DNA of 64,000 nucleotides from Stylophora pistillata (Eukaryota): NCBI RefSeq assembly GCF_002571385.2, contig NW_019218454.1, positions 1 to 64,000 of the forward strand, read 5' to 3'. Shown piece by piece: positions 1 to 13,402 of this stretch (position 1 is its first letter; each line of letters starts with the position of its first letter). The notes under the pieces were generated by a model. It saw only the letters and a program-made list of their open reading frames with translations, ran no database searches and was not told where the DNA came from. The position numbers and the translations under genes were made by a program.

Positions 1-151
1 TTTTGAATAGTTTGACGGCCGCGAAGTTAGGAAGATCGGAAAAACGGTGACTTTTCAATTCTGACAGGTATAACGTATTATTTAGCCAAAGTATGGTTGC
101 GAATTATTGACACTCGTGACAAACTGTAGAAAATTTAGTGGTGAACAATAA

Positions 152-309
152 AAACCATAGAGTGTTTATGTCTCGGAACTATCGGTCTGATAGTTGCCCC
201 TTGGAAATTTGATGTTCTTAAAACAAGCATATTTGTTTTAAGAACATCAAATAATTTCTGCGGGGCAACTATCAGTCGGTAGGCCCTTGACAGAAACACT
301 CTATTGTTT
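152..309. mobile_element. Palindromic MITE related to the Crypton terminus at ~40835-40912
   Basis: Imperfect ~75-bp-arm palindrome centred on gatgttcttaaaacaa-gcatat-ttgttttaagaacatc. The right arm matches tttgttttaagaacatcaaatttcc...gacagaaacactattgttt downstream of the Crypton ORF. Confidence 0.75.
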
Positions 310-1477
310 AAGTAATGTCTATCAAATTGATGGGGGGTACTGCAGCTTTGAATATTGTCTAGAAAGGGTGCAATATAAAAAAGAAATTAATTAATTAATT
401 CATTCATTCATTATTTAATTTTATTACATTTTTAGCTCCCTTTTAAGGTTAAGTTGAGGCATACACTTACCATACCATTTTCAGAAAGACTATTATAATA
501 GGATGTATCTGAAAACTTAAGAAGCCAAAAAACTCAAAAATGAAATTTAGCAGTGGAGTAAGAGATTCTGGTACCTCGATCACTCAATCAAGTTTCACAA
601 ATGATACAAGTAGACATTTTGCTTATTGTTTGTGTTTTTTCTTGCCACTTGGGGACTCTGCACAACACTACACAACTTGAAAACTATCTGCAAGTATTAT
701 ATGTGAAACCATGGGATAAGGTGTACATGTCTAGAGTACGAATAAGATTTATGTACAGTATCATGATATATAGTCATGAATCTGCACCAATCATTTTAAT
801 TTTCTTCTTTGATAAAGTATCAAGTTTCTCAGCCTTTTAATTATTCTTAGGTGTTTGTCCCCTTTTCAAGAAGTAAACTGATGGATTGGAGGGTAATCTC
901 TGCAATACATGTTTCTGCTCAATAGTGTGTATTAAACACTATCCACTAAAACAGTGGATAGTGTTTAAGGTGCACTCTGATTGGCAACTCAAACTCCAGA
1001 TATCCTTTGTTATTCACTTAGCAACTCAGGCAGGATTTACACCAGAAAATATTGTAATAGTTGCAAGAATAAATGACAGAGCAACATGTAAAATCATCTT
1101 TTTGAACTGTATTATCTGTTAAGTTAGTTGTTTTACTTTATACTAAAACAACCACTTACCTCATTGTCGGTGGCTGGTGGTAGATAATTATAATATTTAC
1201 CTTGCTGCCTCACTGCTTCTAAACACACCAAGTACCTTATAACTATGAAGTCTAAAATAAATATTATGTTGCTCTCTAACTCCTTGCTGATCATTACGAT
1301 TTCTAGAAAGATGCCAGTCCTACTAAACCAATGCCTCACAAACCTTCATCAGGGATCATAGTAACAGTGTAAGCTCAAATATTTTTAAGAATCAAAAACA
1401 TTTTCTCAATAATAAAATATTTCATAAATATGTGGTGCTTAAGGTTGCCCAAGTCAATTTCATGCTGAAAGTCTCAT

Positions 1478-1760
1478 GGGAATGCTGGGGATTGCACAGT
1501 AGGGAGAGTCCTGGCCTCCCACTGCTGTTGCCTGGGTTTAATTCCAAGAGCTGGCATCACATGTGGGTTCGGTTTGTTGTTGGTTCTCATCCTTGGTTCA
1601 GTGATTTTTCTCCAGGTCCTCCAGTTTTCCTCCCTTCCACAAGAACCAACATTACAAAATTCCAATTCGACCAGGAAACAGTGGACAAGAAAGCCACCAC
1701 ATTGAATAACCACTGCTAAAATGCCATTGTTATAATTGTAGTTCTATTATTTTGTTATCT
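1478..1760 (+). mobile_element. tRNA-headed SINE with V-domain-like core
   Basis: Degenerate A/B boxes (gggtttaattcc), core ttttctccaggtcctccagttttcctcccttccac resembling the V-SINE domain, AT-rich tail. Confidence 0.6.
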
Positions 1761-2125
1761 AAGTATTAAAATTAATTGAAAACCAAAACTACTTCATAAT
1801 GGGCCTTGCTCACTATGGAGTTTCTGTGGCTTAGTGACAGAGTGAAGCATTAAATACCTTGTATAGAGAAACAATCTTCAAGAAGATTCACTGCTCTTTT
1901 TGGCAGATTCTTTACAATAAGTGTTGTTTGATTCTGAGTTCTTTAATATCCTTTCTTTTTTAACTCGACATAGCCAAGGAATATGTCTTGGAAAAACAGT
2001 CAGAGCCAGGGGTTCCCATTAGTCTCGATGCAACCCTAGAAAGCATGGGAACAATGGAATTCTGTCTCGTCAGATTTGGCCGTAAGTAGATTTTAATTAG
2101 CCCACTTTATTAATTCAAATATTAG

Positions 2126-2805
2126 NNNNNNNNNNNNNNNNNNNNNNNNNNNNNNNNNNNNNNNNNNNNNNNNNNNNNNNNNNNNNNNNNNNNNNNNNNN
2201 NNNNNNNNNNNNNNNNNNNNNNNNNNNNNNNNNNNNNNNNNNNNNNNNNNNNNNNNNNNNNNNNNNNNNNNNNNNNNNNNNNNNNNNNNNNNNNNNNNNN
2301 NNNNNNNNNNNNNNNNNNNNNNNNNNNNNNNNNNNNNNNNNNNNNNNNNNNNNNNNNNNNNNNNNNNNNNNNNNNNNNNNNNNNNNNNNNNNNNNNNNNN
2401 NNNNNNNNNNNNNNNNNNNNNNNNNNNNNNNNNNNNNNNNNNNNNNNNNNNNNNNNNNNNNNNNNNNNNNNNNNNNNNNNNNNNNNNNNNNNNNNNNNNN
2501 NNNNNNNNNNNNNNNNNNNNNNNNNNNNNNNNNNNNNNNNNNNNNNNNNNNNNNNNNNNNNNNNNNNNNNNNNNNNNNNNNNNNNNNNNNNNNNNNNNNN
2601 NNNNNNNNNNNNNNNNNNNNNNNNNNNNNNNNNNNNNNNNNNNNNNNNNNNNNNNNNNNNNNNNNNNNNNNNNNNNNNNNNNNNNNNNNNNNNNNNNNNN
2701 NNNNNNNNNNNNNNNNNNNNNNNNNNNNNNNNNNNNNNNNNNNNNNNNNNNNNNNNNNNNNNNNNNNNNNNNNNNNNNNNNNNNNNNNNNNNNNNNNNNN
2801 NNNNN
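2126..2805. other. Assembly gap (N run)
   Basis: Run of N. Confidence 1.
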
Positions 2806-4009
2806 GCTTGCCACCAGCAGTTCTAAATCTTTAAGACGAATTTTGAGAATGGTAGTCTACAGGTTTCAAAATACATTCATCTCTGTTGCGTCATGTTCAG
2901 TGGACAAAGCTATTCGAGAAACCTTTTGATCCTTTAATTTCAAACGAGCCCACTGCATGTTATGTCGGATAGGCAAAGGAAACACTTAATGTATCACAAG
3001 TGTCACTCAATCGTCAAATTACTTTCGGGAAGCTGATCGAATAATATTGTTCGAGATAGCTTAAAAACTACAGTAACAATAAGAAACAATAAGCTACATT
3101 TTACATAGGTTTTTTTTATTTATTTATTTCATTTAAGAGTTGTTTCATCCTGTTAGAAACAAAAAAAACAAAAAAAAAAAGGGAAACGGCCCTTAAACCA
3201 GTTTCCACTTTTTTTAAGAATTCCGACATGTTATTAAGTTAAAAGAATCTTCCTCCATAGCTATCCTAGATCAATGTGGAAGTTACTTATTAATACCTAA
3301 AATAATTAACAACAATTGACTGACTAATTGTTGTTTCCTTTCTTTCATTTTACCTGATGCTCAAAAGACGGTAAGTGATGAAAGGATGTAATCTACATTA
3401 GGAACTATTGGGAGCTTGATTTGGTTTGAATTTATGACTAATTTTGGACAAAATATACTTGTAAAGTAACACAATGCTAAGGGTAGGTTTCTATTGTCCG
3501 TTTTAGCACAAAGTTCTATTCTCAGTTGGTAGAGAGCAAACCATTTACTATAATTATTGTATTTTTGTATTGTGGGACTGTATTTTCAATAAAGAACACA
3601 GAAGAATTTAGTTGAGGTAGGTGGATATGGGGTTGTAAATGGAAGAATTTAGGGACAGAATATAGGTGCCTAACAAGATCAGAACACAAGCAATATTTTA
3701 ATGAATCATATGTTGTCTGAGTAGTACTCTGTAGTAACATTACTTTAACATTGCCAATAATTTTTTACCCACCAAGATTTACAATTGACCTGGGGGTTTT
3801 ATTTAACAGAAAGTTCAATTGAGATAGAGTGTCACCATAATAGACTTCAGGAACAATAATCAGAGATATCACTTAAACACGACAGAATTCGATGTAAAGG
3901 CAAGCACATGATGTAATCATATGATTTAAAGTACAAGAATATTTCAAGTTTTCTTATTATTGTTATTACATACCAGTGAGTTCCCCAAATTCAAGCTATA
4001 TCACTATAA

Positions 4010-4272
4010 AATCAAAACCCATGAAAATCCTGTGAATTTATTCATGGCAAATTCACAGATTTTTCACAGGATTTTCATGGTTAAATCAATGATGTTTTCA
4101 TGGTCTCAGTGCCATGAAATAGACATGAAAAATCCCATGAGAAGCCTGTGAAAATTTGTCATATTCACGACTCATGGAACATTGTGTAAAGTGAGGTAGA
4201 AGCCATGAAATACCCATGAAAATGGCCTTTCATGGCCTTTTCAAAGGTACTGAAAAACCCATGAATTTCATG
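4010..4272. repeat. CATGAA/TTCATG-rich degenerate repeat
   Basis: Many catgaaa/tttcatg words in both orientations. Confidence 0.6.
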
Positions 4273-5325
4273 TCAAAAACAATTCACTAGGTAATGGCAA
4301 AACAAAATAATCTGATGGGCAGGACAATAGCTCTGCAATTACATCTAAAAACTTTGTTTTTCTTGGTCTCAGTGTGCATGAACAACCTTGAGGGCAAATT
4401 CTTTAAGTTTTCATCTGGGACTCAAAGCTGCTCACATAAATTAGATTATGCTGAAGTTAATATGTGACACCATTACAGACAACACCCACATACAGGCATA
4501 ATGGAAAAATTCTGAATAAAAGTATAATTTTTTTTAATGTTTTCCTTTGCATTGCCCTTCTGACTGCCCAAGGTTTCTATTATTGCGGATGTTGTCTTGG
4601 TTTGTTGCTCAACATACACTCTTGTTTAGAGAAAAACTATGTTATTTAATCCTCAGTCAGACAAGGTCAGCATGTTGCAAAAGCTGAGGACGGTGACGGA
4701 GACACAGCTTGGTAAGTCATTCACAGATATTTATTTTGTTGCCTTTTCATCTTTGACTTTCAGCCAATACATCTTACTACAAAAAATCTGATCTGTCAAG
4801 AGAATTCAATCAACATTCAATAGCATGTGAAGTTGACACAATAACTGCAATCTCAGCAGCAAGTATTGCATAATGATCATGTCAAGTTCAAAGTCTGCTT
4901 AATTTCCAAGCCCCTCCTCAGTGTAGAGTTCTAAACCTTTTATAAACTCAAACATATTTAAACAAGTATTGAATGTTACACTCCCCCTCCCCTCTCTACA
5001 GGGTGGGAGGAATGCTCTCCCCACCGGTACCACCTCATCTCATTTTTTCCTGTTTTAATTCAATTTTTTTTTCCTTTTGTATTTCATTTACCTTCTTTAT
5101 TGATCACTTTCTCTGTTACCCTTCTGGAGTTTCTCTTCAGAAGATAGAAATTGACCCTGTACTTCAACTCAAGTCAGCAAAAAAGTTTTGGGGAAAACAA
5201 AACTTTGTAAGTAATATCACTGACAGTACATCTGTTCAAATTTGGAGAGAATATTTTTGATCATGGCTGCAAAACAAAAAATAAATTAATATGCAGGTTT
5301 CCACTTGACTGCACTTTGCCAGTTC

Positions 5326-5527
5326 GACAGGTCGTTAGCTACCCTTTCTGCATCACCCCACAAATAGACAGGTCCTTAGCTACCCTTTCTACCTCACCCC
5401 ACAAATTGATAGGTTCTTAGCTACCCTTTCTGCCTCACCCCACAGTTAGACAGGTCCTTAGCTACCCTTTCTGCCTCACCCCACAGGTAGACAGGTCCTT
5501 AGCTACCCTTTCTGCCTCACCCCACAG
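5326..5527. repeat. 41-bp minisatellite, about 5 copies, truncated at N
   Basis: Unit gacaggtccttagctaccctttctgcctcaccccacaRDTa repeated head-to-tail; ends at N5528. Confidence 0.95.
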
Positions 5528-7129
5528 NTCAAAAGTTCCACAGCGCCTTGAAATACATCCACTTCGAGGTTTGTTTAGTTTTTTTTAACAAAGCAAAACA
5601 AAGTAAAACAGTTTTGGACAAATTCAGCCAATTCTTGGTGATCATTTCCTTTATTCTCAATACCCTACTGTTTGATTCAGGGTTGATATTGTAAGGAGAA
5701 ATTAGATTTTAGTCAGCCTAAGGCATCAAAGGCCTCAATGATTGGGGAACAATTTTCCCTGGTGTACCAAAAAATGTTTTTTCAACATTAATTTTGTTGT
5801 TGTTGTTTATGTTGCTTTGTTCATTTGTTTTGCCGGGAGAAATCGTGGAACAGGTCAATCACATTATCAAGTCCAACATGAGTGGGAAAAAAGATCAGAA
5901 TACTGTCTTGTCCTCAAAAGAAAGAAAATCTGACAAAAGAAGATATTTAAGATCATAGCCATTGTAACAAGAACTACTGAAGCTTACTCACACTATTAAA
6001 TGACCGATCAACAAAAATTATACTGTATTTCCTCAAATAAATGCCCACACTCCAATGAACCCCCCCCCCCCCTTAGCCACAGAGTCCATAAAGCAATCTC
6101 CCTTGTCCCTAACTCGCTTAAATCGTAGGGATACAAGAAAAACCTGTTTCGATTATTGCGACTTTAGATCATTTTAAACCTACAGCAGTCATTACCGGAG
6201 AATAACAAGTGCCCCCCTTGATTAGGCACCCTTCCTACAGTAAATGCCCCCTCTTTTACCCAACATTTTTCGAGGAAGTACATTACCTAATTTTAGAAAC
6301 TCCCCTCAAGTTTAAACAAATAACACAGTAGTTAACAACAAGTCTCTGCAAGAATCAAACATCTTAGGAAATCAAAATTTTCAACACCCCTTCAAATTTT
6401 GCATGCAGTTAGGCACTCGGGGGAGATGCACAAAAATGCCCATTTTTAAGGTTGCAGCACTCTTGTTGTCATGATAACAATGGCTGCTTGTTCAAGGCCT
6501 GAGTCATGTCGCCCGTAATTTGAGTCACGTTACCGAAAAAAAAAAACAGTCGAAATGACTCTCGGGCGACGTAACCCGTTACCACTTAAAAATATTTACC
6601 GGGCCAAAGAATGGTCCAAAACTGGCAAAGCTCCACTGAAGTCAGATCACGTGTGCAAATCGCAGTAACATTCACCAGACTGTTCACCCGATCTCCTTCC
6701 GTTGCTTTAAGGTGTGTAAGACCATCGCTTTCCAAATCAAGTATCCTTCCGTAGATCTACTCTTCATTTAAAGCACCTAGAAGTCTATCTCAATCGGGAC
6801 GGAGCGGAAAATTGCAACCCTTGAAAATCTCAAAACTCGCGACCAGTTCAACGGGAAGTTCGCAGTCACTTATGCTTGGACAACAGGTGTGAACGCAGCT
6901 TTATTAGGAAGCACGCTCGCCCCATGTTTTAATTGTTGTTTAACACGTTTGTGGGTAAGAAACATTAAAATCAAAGCTCAGACAACATCTCCCAAATAGC
7001 TGCATTTATTACAACCAAATATAGTTTGATGTTTTACAACATGCAATTAAAGATATGTAAATCCTTTTGTGGGCGTTCCCTTGCACTTTCTTGTGAACTG
7101 CACCTATTTATTGAGGTTTAAATATGGCA

Positions 7130-8765
7130 TTACTGTTCGTGTAGTGGTAAGTTTGAAAACTCTGCAAAATAAGTTCCATGGTCTGATAAGCTGTGAAATT
7201 TTACTCAGCCAAATCAATTTGTAGAGAATTTTAGGCCATGAGACAATTTTAAGTGGCGCATTCCGTTGTGTGATACAATAGAGAATGGCATCGTAAAAGT
7301 AAGAACAAAAACAAATGGTTTTGAGGGTGCACGGACATAAGGTGCATGGAAATAATCTCGTGCACCTGAAAATTCGCGCGCTCCTTAAATTTCATCCATT
7401 GCAGACCTCAGACCTCATTCTCGTTACCAGTCCTTTTTATTTTTGCATTTTTGGTCACCTAGCCATAGCAACCGAGTTGCTCTGAGAACGAGAATATGGA
7501 GACACCATTTTCTTTGATATTTACCGACTTGCAGTGCGTAAGGAAGAATTCGCACTGAGAAAAGTGACTGTTTTTAGCGTATATGAATTTTAGTTTCTGT
7601 CTTACCCTTAGAATCAAGCTCTCCGTCTCGTTTCGCGTCAAAAGCTACCACATATCGGTTAGCAATCAGCAGAGAGATATCAAGTCCTTGCGCCAACTCA
7701 TCCGGCGTAATACCACCATCTCCATCTGTGTCCATAGTTTCAAATGTACCATCCTGAAGAGATTTAAAAGTTTCTATAGTTTCTAAAAGAATTGTGGTAC
7801 TGTGTGGTGGAGGGGGGGAGGGGGGGTGTGAGAGATTGGTTTAGGTATAATTATACTGAAACAGTGCATGGCATTGAAGATGTGCTCTGACTGGCTACTC
7901 AAACTTAACTTGAATATCCTTTGCTATTTATCTTCCAGCAACTCACGCAGAATATGCGCCCGAAAATGTTGCATTCGTTGCAGGAATGAGTGAGTTAAAA
8001 TCATCNCACCCCTACTTCGGTCGATAGTTTATAATTACCAAGTGAGTTGCCCATGTAAATCAGCTTCCGTAAAGACTTTTCAAAGCTGAGGTTCTGAGCT
8101 TTGGCTCGTCGCTCTGATTCTCTTGTGGTGAAGGGCAAACGCTCCAAAGGTCAGCCTTAGAAACTCTTTCTGGCGGCCGACAGATGCTAACTCAGTAGAC
8201 GTAAAAATAGCTGTTTCACAACCTTTCAGACCCCCCTCCTTCTTTATCAATACCCTGAGAGAATTTTAGTTCCCCTTCCAGATGCTACATCCTAGATCCT
8301 AGAGTCCCCGTCTCTTCTGGTAACTGATTACAAAAGTGAAAACAAGTTGATACGGGGGCGCAAATATATATAGTGCCTTCATTGAGCATGCCATTATTGG
8401 TGTCTTCTTTCCCGGCCAAAAATGCAAAGAGCAAAGACATCAGCGTTTTCAAAAGTTCCACAGCGCCTTGAAATACATCCACTTCGAGGTTTTTTATTTT
8501 TTTAACAAAGCAAAACAAAGTAAAACAGTTTTGAACAAATTCAGCCATTTCTGAATCCCCTTCTTGCTAATCCTTTTATTCTTCTCCTGGGATAGATGGA
8601 CACGCCCTCAATGTTAAGAAATGTACGATAACTTACCTCATAATTATCAATCTCTCTTTCGTCCGAAGTCACGACTGGCCTCCCAAATGCGCTGGCTGCC
8701 AAAGCCAACAGTGCGCAGAAAATAAAAATCTTTGTATTTTTCACGTATCTCAGTCGCCTTCGCTT
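7130..8765 (-). CDS. Small secreted two-EF-hand calcium-binding protein (exons 8765-8637, 7753-7606, 7161-7130); no in-exon ATG
   Basis: GT-AG junctions in compatible phases (0, then 1) give KIFIFCALLALAASAFG-RPVVTSDEREIDNYE|DGTFETMDTDGDGGITPDELAQGLDISLLIANRYVVAFDAKRDGELDSK|EFSNLPLHEQ*. EF loops are DTDGDGGITPDE and DAKRDGELDSKE. AATAAA lies at 7112-7107. Confidence 0.75.
8449..8547. repeat. ~100-bp direct duplicate of 5529-5630
   Basis: tcaaaagttccacagcgccttgaaatacatccacttcgagg...acaaattcagcca occurs at both sites. Confidence 0.9.
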
Positions 8766-10549
8766 CTGTAAAACATAGAAAAAAAAGACAAGTTCAATAC
8801 ACAACCAGGTTAATACATACATACACACATAACCTTTATTTCTGTGTCTAATGGTTCCAACGCCAAGGCACTGAAAGGGGACACTAACACATACAGTATG
8901 TTGCAAATTTGGTAAAAATATTGATTGAATGATAAAATGTCGATAAAATGATTAGCAATTAATACTGATTAAAATATTGGATAAAGTATTAATTAATTAA
9001 TAATAACTAATTCGAGTATAATCCCTAAGAAAAGATGCACTCTTAACTACTATTTCGATCTTGACAAATCTCTTAAGTTTGCTACAACACTTTTTATAAT
9101 CAAAACTATATGACACTATTTTAAGACATTTATACTCTAAGTTGTGGAGAGATAACAAATCGTTCCACATCCATTTACTTCATGTTCAGCTGATAAATCT
9201 TTCTTTCGTATCATCGCTCTCATTATCCTTTCCTTTTTGGTTAGCTTTTCCCGGAGTGATGGCCCTAAATAGCTGATCGAATGCTGGCCATGAGTGACAG
9301 TGCGATAGCGCACCCGCCTGAAGTCACAGCTTCTTAAATTATATTTTTCTTACTTGTTCACAGTTTAATTGGAATACATCTGTTAAGGACGTTGCTGTAA
9401 GTCCACCTTTGACTTTATCCATGAGGACAAGTACACCTTGTAGCCCTCTATTAAATAATGGTGTCACTTTGGTTTCTTGAAGTAATGTTCCATGTGTATC
9501 CGATGTGATATTAAATATCGCCCATAAAGCTCTTTCCAGTTGCCTTTCAAGTTTTCTCCAATCCGAGGCTCGCGGAAAAATGCCGTACTAAGTGGCAATA
9601 GAGTAGCGACAGAAACTTTCCACTTCCACGCCTAACGAAGACTAGAAGTATGGCATTCGAAACGTCGTGGTCAACCCACGACTGGTTAGGCAGACTCTTA
9701 TATCGTGAGACAAATGATTAACTGTTCATTGATAAAAAAATATCTCGTTTCATCAGGAATCAGGAATAACTTGTTTATATCGAGAGCTAGGAAAGAAACC
9801 CGACAGTGTTTATAGGACAATAGACCCACTCCATTGTCAGGAGATTTCATTTTAACGACCAAACCTTGGCGTTAAAAAAAACTACGTGGTCTTCGCGCAT
9901 TTAATTATGTCGTCTGTTTATTCCCTATTTGTGTAAATTGCTCCGTTCCTTTGTTCCAATTCTTAATTCAGCACTAAAGAGACGGTTCTAACACGAAAGC
10001 TTTAAAGAAACGGTTCTAACGCGAATCACCTTGAAATTAGATTCCATATGCGCTGCTCGCCTCCTGACTCCAGATAGTAAGCAAAATTCAAAAGATTTTA
10101 TTTACCATTCCAATGTAATAATCCTCATCGCCATGACACAACTGTTCCAGAAAATTAAAGTTGCTCACTGGGGAGTCGAGAAGACTAAAGTAAAAGCAAT
10201 TTGCTTCAATCTGGGAGGTAATTTTGTGTTCATCAAAGGGAGAAGACAAATCAAAGTACAATAGACTCTATCTCTAAGACAAGCGCTGCTGGAACCGAAT
10301 TCGTATCCAATTGTCTGACATAGGAAGGTGGCGGACGAACCATGGAAGAGAGTCAAGACAACGCGATCTCGGAAATTCTGAGGGAACAAGGCTGTTCCGA
10401 TGCACATTAACTACATGCATTTCTGTTTGAAATGTTCTTCGCTAGGAAAACTGAATTGCATGTTTAACGCGTTTAAAATCTACATCCGGTTCTAGAACAA
10501 AACAAGAAATTACGAATTTCGCTTCCTTGAAAGTCTTTTTCTATATGCA

Positions 10550-10740
10550 TTTGTATTGTATGTATGTACAGGGTAGCCCAGTTAAGCTAAGGCTGGTTTA
10601 AATGGGGCCCTGTCACACCCACCCATTCCACCCCAGGGGAGGACATCCACCACACAGTAATCTCGTGCAAGGCTCGAACCCTCGACCTCCTGCACAACAC
10701 AATCCGGCGCTCTAACCAATTGAACTAACCGTGGGACGGT
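10550..10740 (-). mobile_element. tRNA-derived SINE
   Basis: Minus strand has A box tagttcaattgg, B box ggttcgagcc, then a LINE-like 3' end and a (TACA/ATAC) tail. Confidence 0.7.
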
Positions 10741-11629
10741 TATGTTAATAGGGTTAAGTTATGGTAAACTGATTGAAAAACAGCGCTTATATAGATTTTC
10801 GTTCCTCTCCACCCCCCTAAAAAATCGACATTCCAAATTAGTAGTGATTGAGGTAGTAGTAGAATTGGTGAACTAGTAGTAGAATTGAAAGTGGTCAGAG
10901 AATAAATTGATTAGCGATGGGTTCGAAAAATAATTCAGATGTAAAGGAACATGAGACAAAAAATCAAAACAAAACAAATGAATGAAAGAAAAATAGGCTA
11001 GGAGCAATGATGGATGGGCAAAATATTCTTTAGGAAAACAAATTTTTGTTTGTAAGGAACCGCGAATCATCCATAAAACGTTAATCACTGTAGAGATTCA
11101 ATTGATTTAAACCAACTTTGAGGAGCTCATAGAGACATTAATCACTGTCATAATGTCCAAATTTAGCATGTTACTAGGACAGCAAAATAAATAATAATAT
11201 TAAGAATATATAATTCTATCGCTGGTTCTCTCAGTGGAAACATCCTTATCCTACTCAATCCAAACTGAGGCCATGATCGTTCCCTTCAAAGCCTCCAGTG
11301 TTGCTCTACATGCTACCGATTCGATTCGTTTCGTGGGTTTTCCCCTTCTTTTTTTTCCTTTTCTCCCCTTCACCCAGGCCCTCTCTTGGCTCAGCATGAG
11401 GGAGAGAAAAGGGACCCTGGGAACAAGTCTGACTATCTTTACGACCTCAGGTCAATATTCCCCAATACGCCCCTTGTCCTCGGTTACTGAGAAGCTCTTA
11501 GCGTCCATTGCTTTAAAACAATTATCCCAGAAGTGGGTTTCAATAAAAAAAAAACAAAAAAAACAAAAAAAAAAACTAAGCGCTACCCCGGAACAAATAT
11601 TACAAAATCAGTCAACGAGAGCGAGCCAA

Positions 11630-11800
11630 ATATATGGGCATTATTGACCAAGTGTGAGGTCAAGATGGTGAGATATTGGCTGAGTTCCTGTTTTGCGTTT
11701 TTATGGACCGAGACGAATTCGAGGTCCATCAAAACGGAAAAAAAAAGGACGAGGGGAATATCCAGCCATTCTTACCGGACAAGCTTTTTCAATTAAGGAA
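11630..11800. mobile_element. Imperfect palindromic MITE (related end at 35572-35617)
   Basis: ttattgaccaag...caagatgg..ggatattggc pairs with aatatccagccattctt...caagcttttt(c)aatta; a similar end lies next to the second gap. Confidence 0.5.
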
Positions 11801-12712
11801 TTTCTTACATAGCGAAGAGATTTCGCCTTTATAAGAATCGAGAATAACTTGTTCATTTCGAGAGCCGGGAAAGAAGGGCAATTGTGTTTGTAGCACAATA
11901 AACCCAAAAGGGTCGTTTATGTTTTCTTTGCTCTGACTGCCGCTTTTTGTGACTTACTCGCAAACATTTTCCAAAAGTTACGAACTTTGTAAGTCCGCTC
12001 AATCCACATTTCTTCTTGCGCGGAATCAAAGCGAGTAGTCCAGGGTGGATCGCCCATCCATCTGTTCAAATAACAACTATAACATGATTTACCACTTTAT
12101 ACCTGCATGATCCGGTGAAAGAATGGAAACTGCCATGAACTGAGTGTATTTGTCAAAGTTCTTTAATGGAAAGTGAATAGCCTGAAAAAAAAAAAAACTT
12201 CTGAAACTTTGAAAAGGTTCACGCATGATCAATTATCCCATGTGGATAGGCCGAAGCTATTTCGTTGCTAAGGGAAATCGAGGGAAGAAGGTGGTAAATG
12301 GCTGGTCGAATCGTTTTAGGCGGGGTTGTTTTGTAAAATGAGTTGTCTTTTTTCTCACTGACATGGCGCGTAATCTTCTTTATACCCGACAACGACAGTT
12401 TGAACAGCGTTAAGGTATTTTAAGCTTTATTTCATTATTTTATCCATGAAAAAAAGGAATGGTTTCGCAGGTTCCCTTGGTTCCACTGGTTCCACAAGTT
12501 TCGCTGATTCCGATCTGCTGATCCATAGTTTAGTAACATCCCCTAACATAGGAGGTGCGTAGCGCACTTTGAAACCTTCTGTAAGATTATTAATCGTTTC
12601 CTTGCAAAAACAGATAAAAAAGAGCACAATGAAAACCTTTATAGCTACACCCCACGGATAGTAAATATATTTTCATCACACAAGTGATTATAGATGATTT
12701 GCTTGAAAGTTC

Positions 12713-13215
12713 GAGTAATCTTAGCCTGAAGACACCTTTCGGAATATACAGACATTAGAAAAAATAGAGAGTTGCGTAAAAAAACTGGAAAAAATATTTG
12801 AAATTTTCTTGGTTTGACTTCATTATCAAAATCACTTGAAATTAATTTGGCTTCAGTAGCCAATCACTTTCGGAAAAAAAATTGAACAAAATCTACATCG
12901 CTTGACTACTTAATCAAACAACTTTCGCCCGAAAAGGTCACTGAAGTTTGTTAATTACCAAGGTTCTAAGTAGTCCTTTTACTAGAAAGCTCGCGTAATC
13001 TTAGGCTAAAGAGACCTTCCGGAATATACACAGAAGAAAAAATGGAGAGTTGCTTGAAAAACTGGAAGATATTTGAAATTTTCTCGCTTTAACCTCATTA
13101 CAAGAATTACTTGAATTTAATTTGGTTTCAGTGACCAATCGCTTTCGAAAACAATCAAAAATTTACTTCGCTTGACTACTTAACTAACAACTTTCGCCGG
13201 AAAAGTAGGTCACAG
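12713..13215. repeat. Tandem direct duplication (~230-bp copies, ~280-bp period)
   Basis: gtaatcttag...cggaatataca...cgcttgactacttaa..aaacaactttcgcc occurs at 12713-12945 and 12993-13215. Confidence 0.85.
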
Positions 13216-13402
13216 AAAGTTCTTTAAAAGTTCATTATGAACTGTTCTTTTCTAGATCATTAGACATAGATGTCGATGATTCCTTTTCTTAGAAATGTTT
13301 TTCTGTGGGTATCAGTCTTGTAGTTTACAGACGGCGTCCTCCTACTACATAAAACCAACTGGCATCTACCGGCATTGTAAATCCAACGCATTCGGATGAA
13401 CT

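Noticed and set aside
2122-2814. 230-aa ORF, and the ORFs spanning 35173-35771
   Set aside because: Artefacts of N runs.
5326-5527. Regular repeats resembling a CRISPR array
   Set aside because: Head-to-tail 41-bp units without unique spacers, no cas genes and a eukaryotic context; this is a minisatellite.
5895-5929. Alternative last exon for the EF-hand gene (DFLSFEDKTVF*)
   Set aside because: The nearer exon 7161-7130 gives the canonical Glu-12/Phe and has an adjacent AATAAA.
9340-9590. About 80-codon open stretch on the minus strand upstream of the EF-hand gene
   Set aside because: No start codon at its 5' end and no recognisable domain; it cannot be linked to the gene with confidence.
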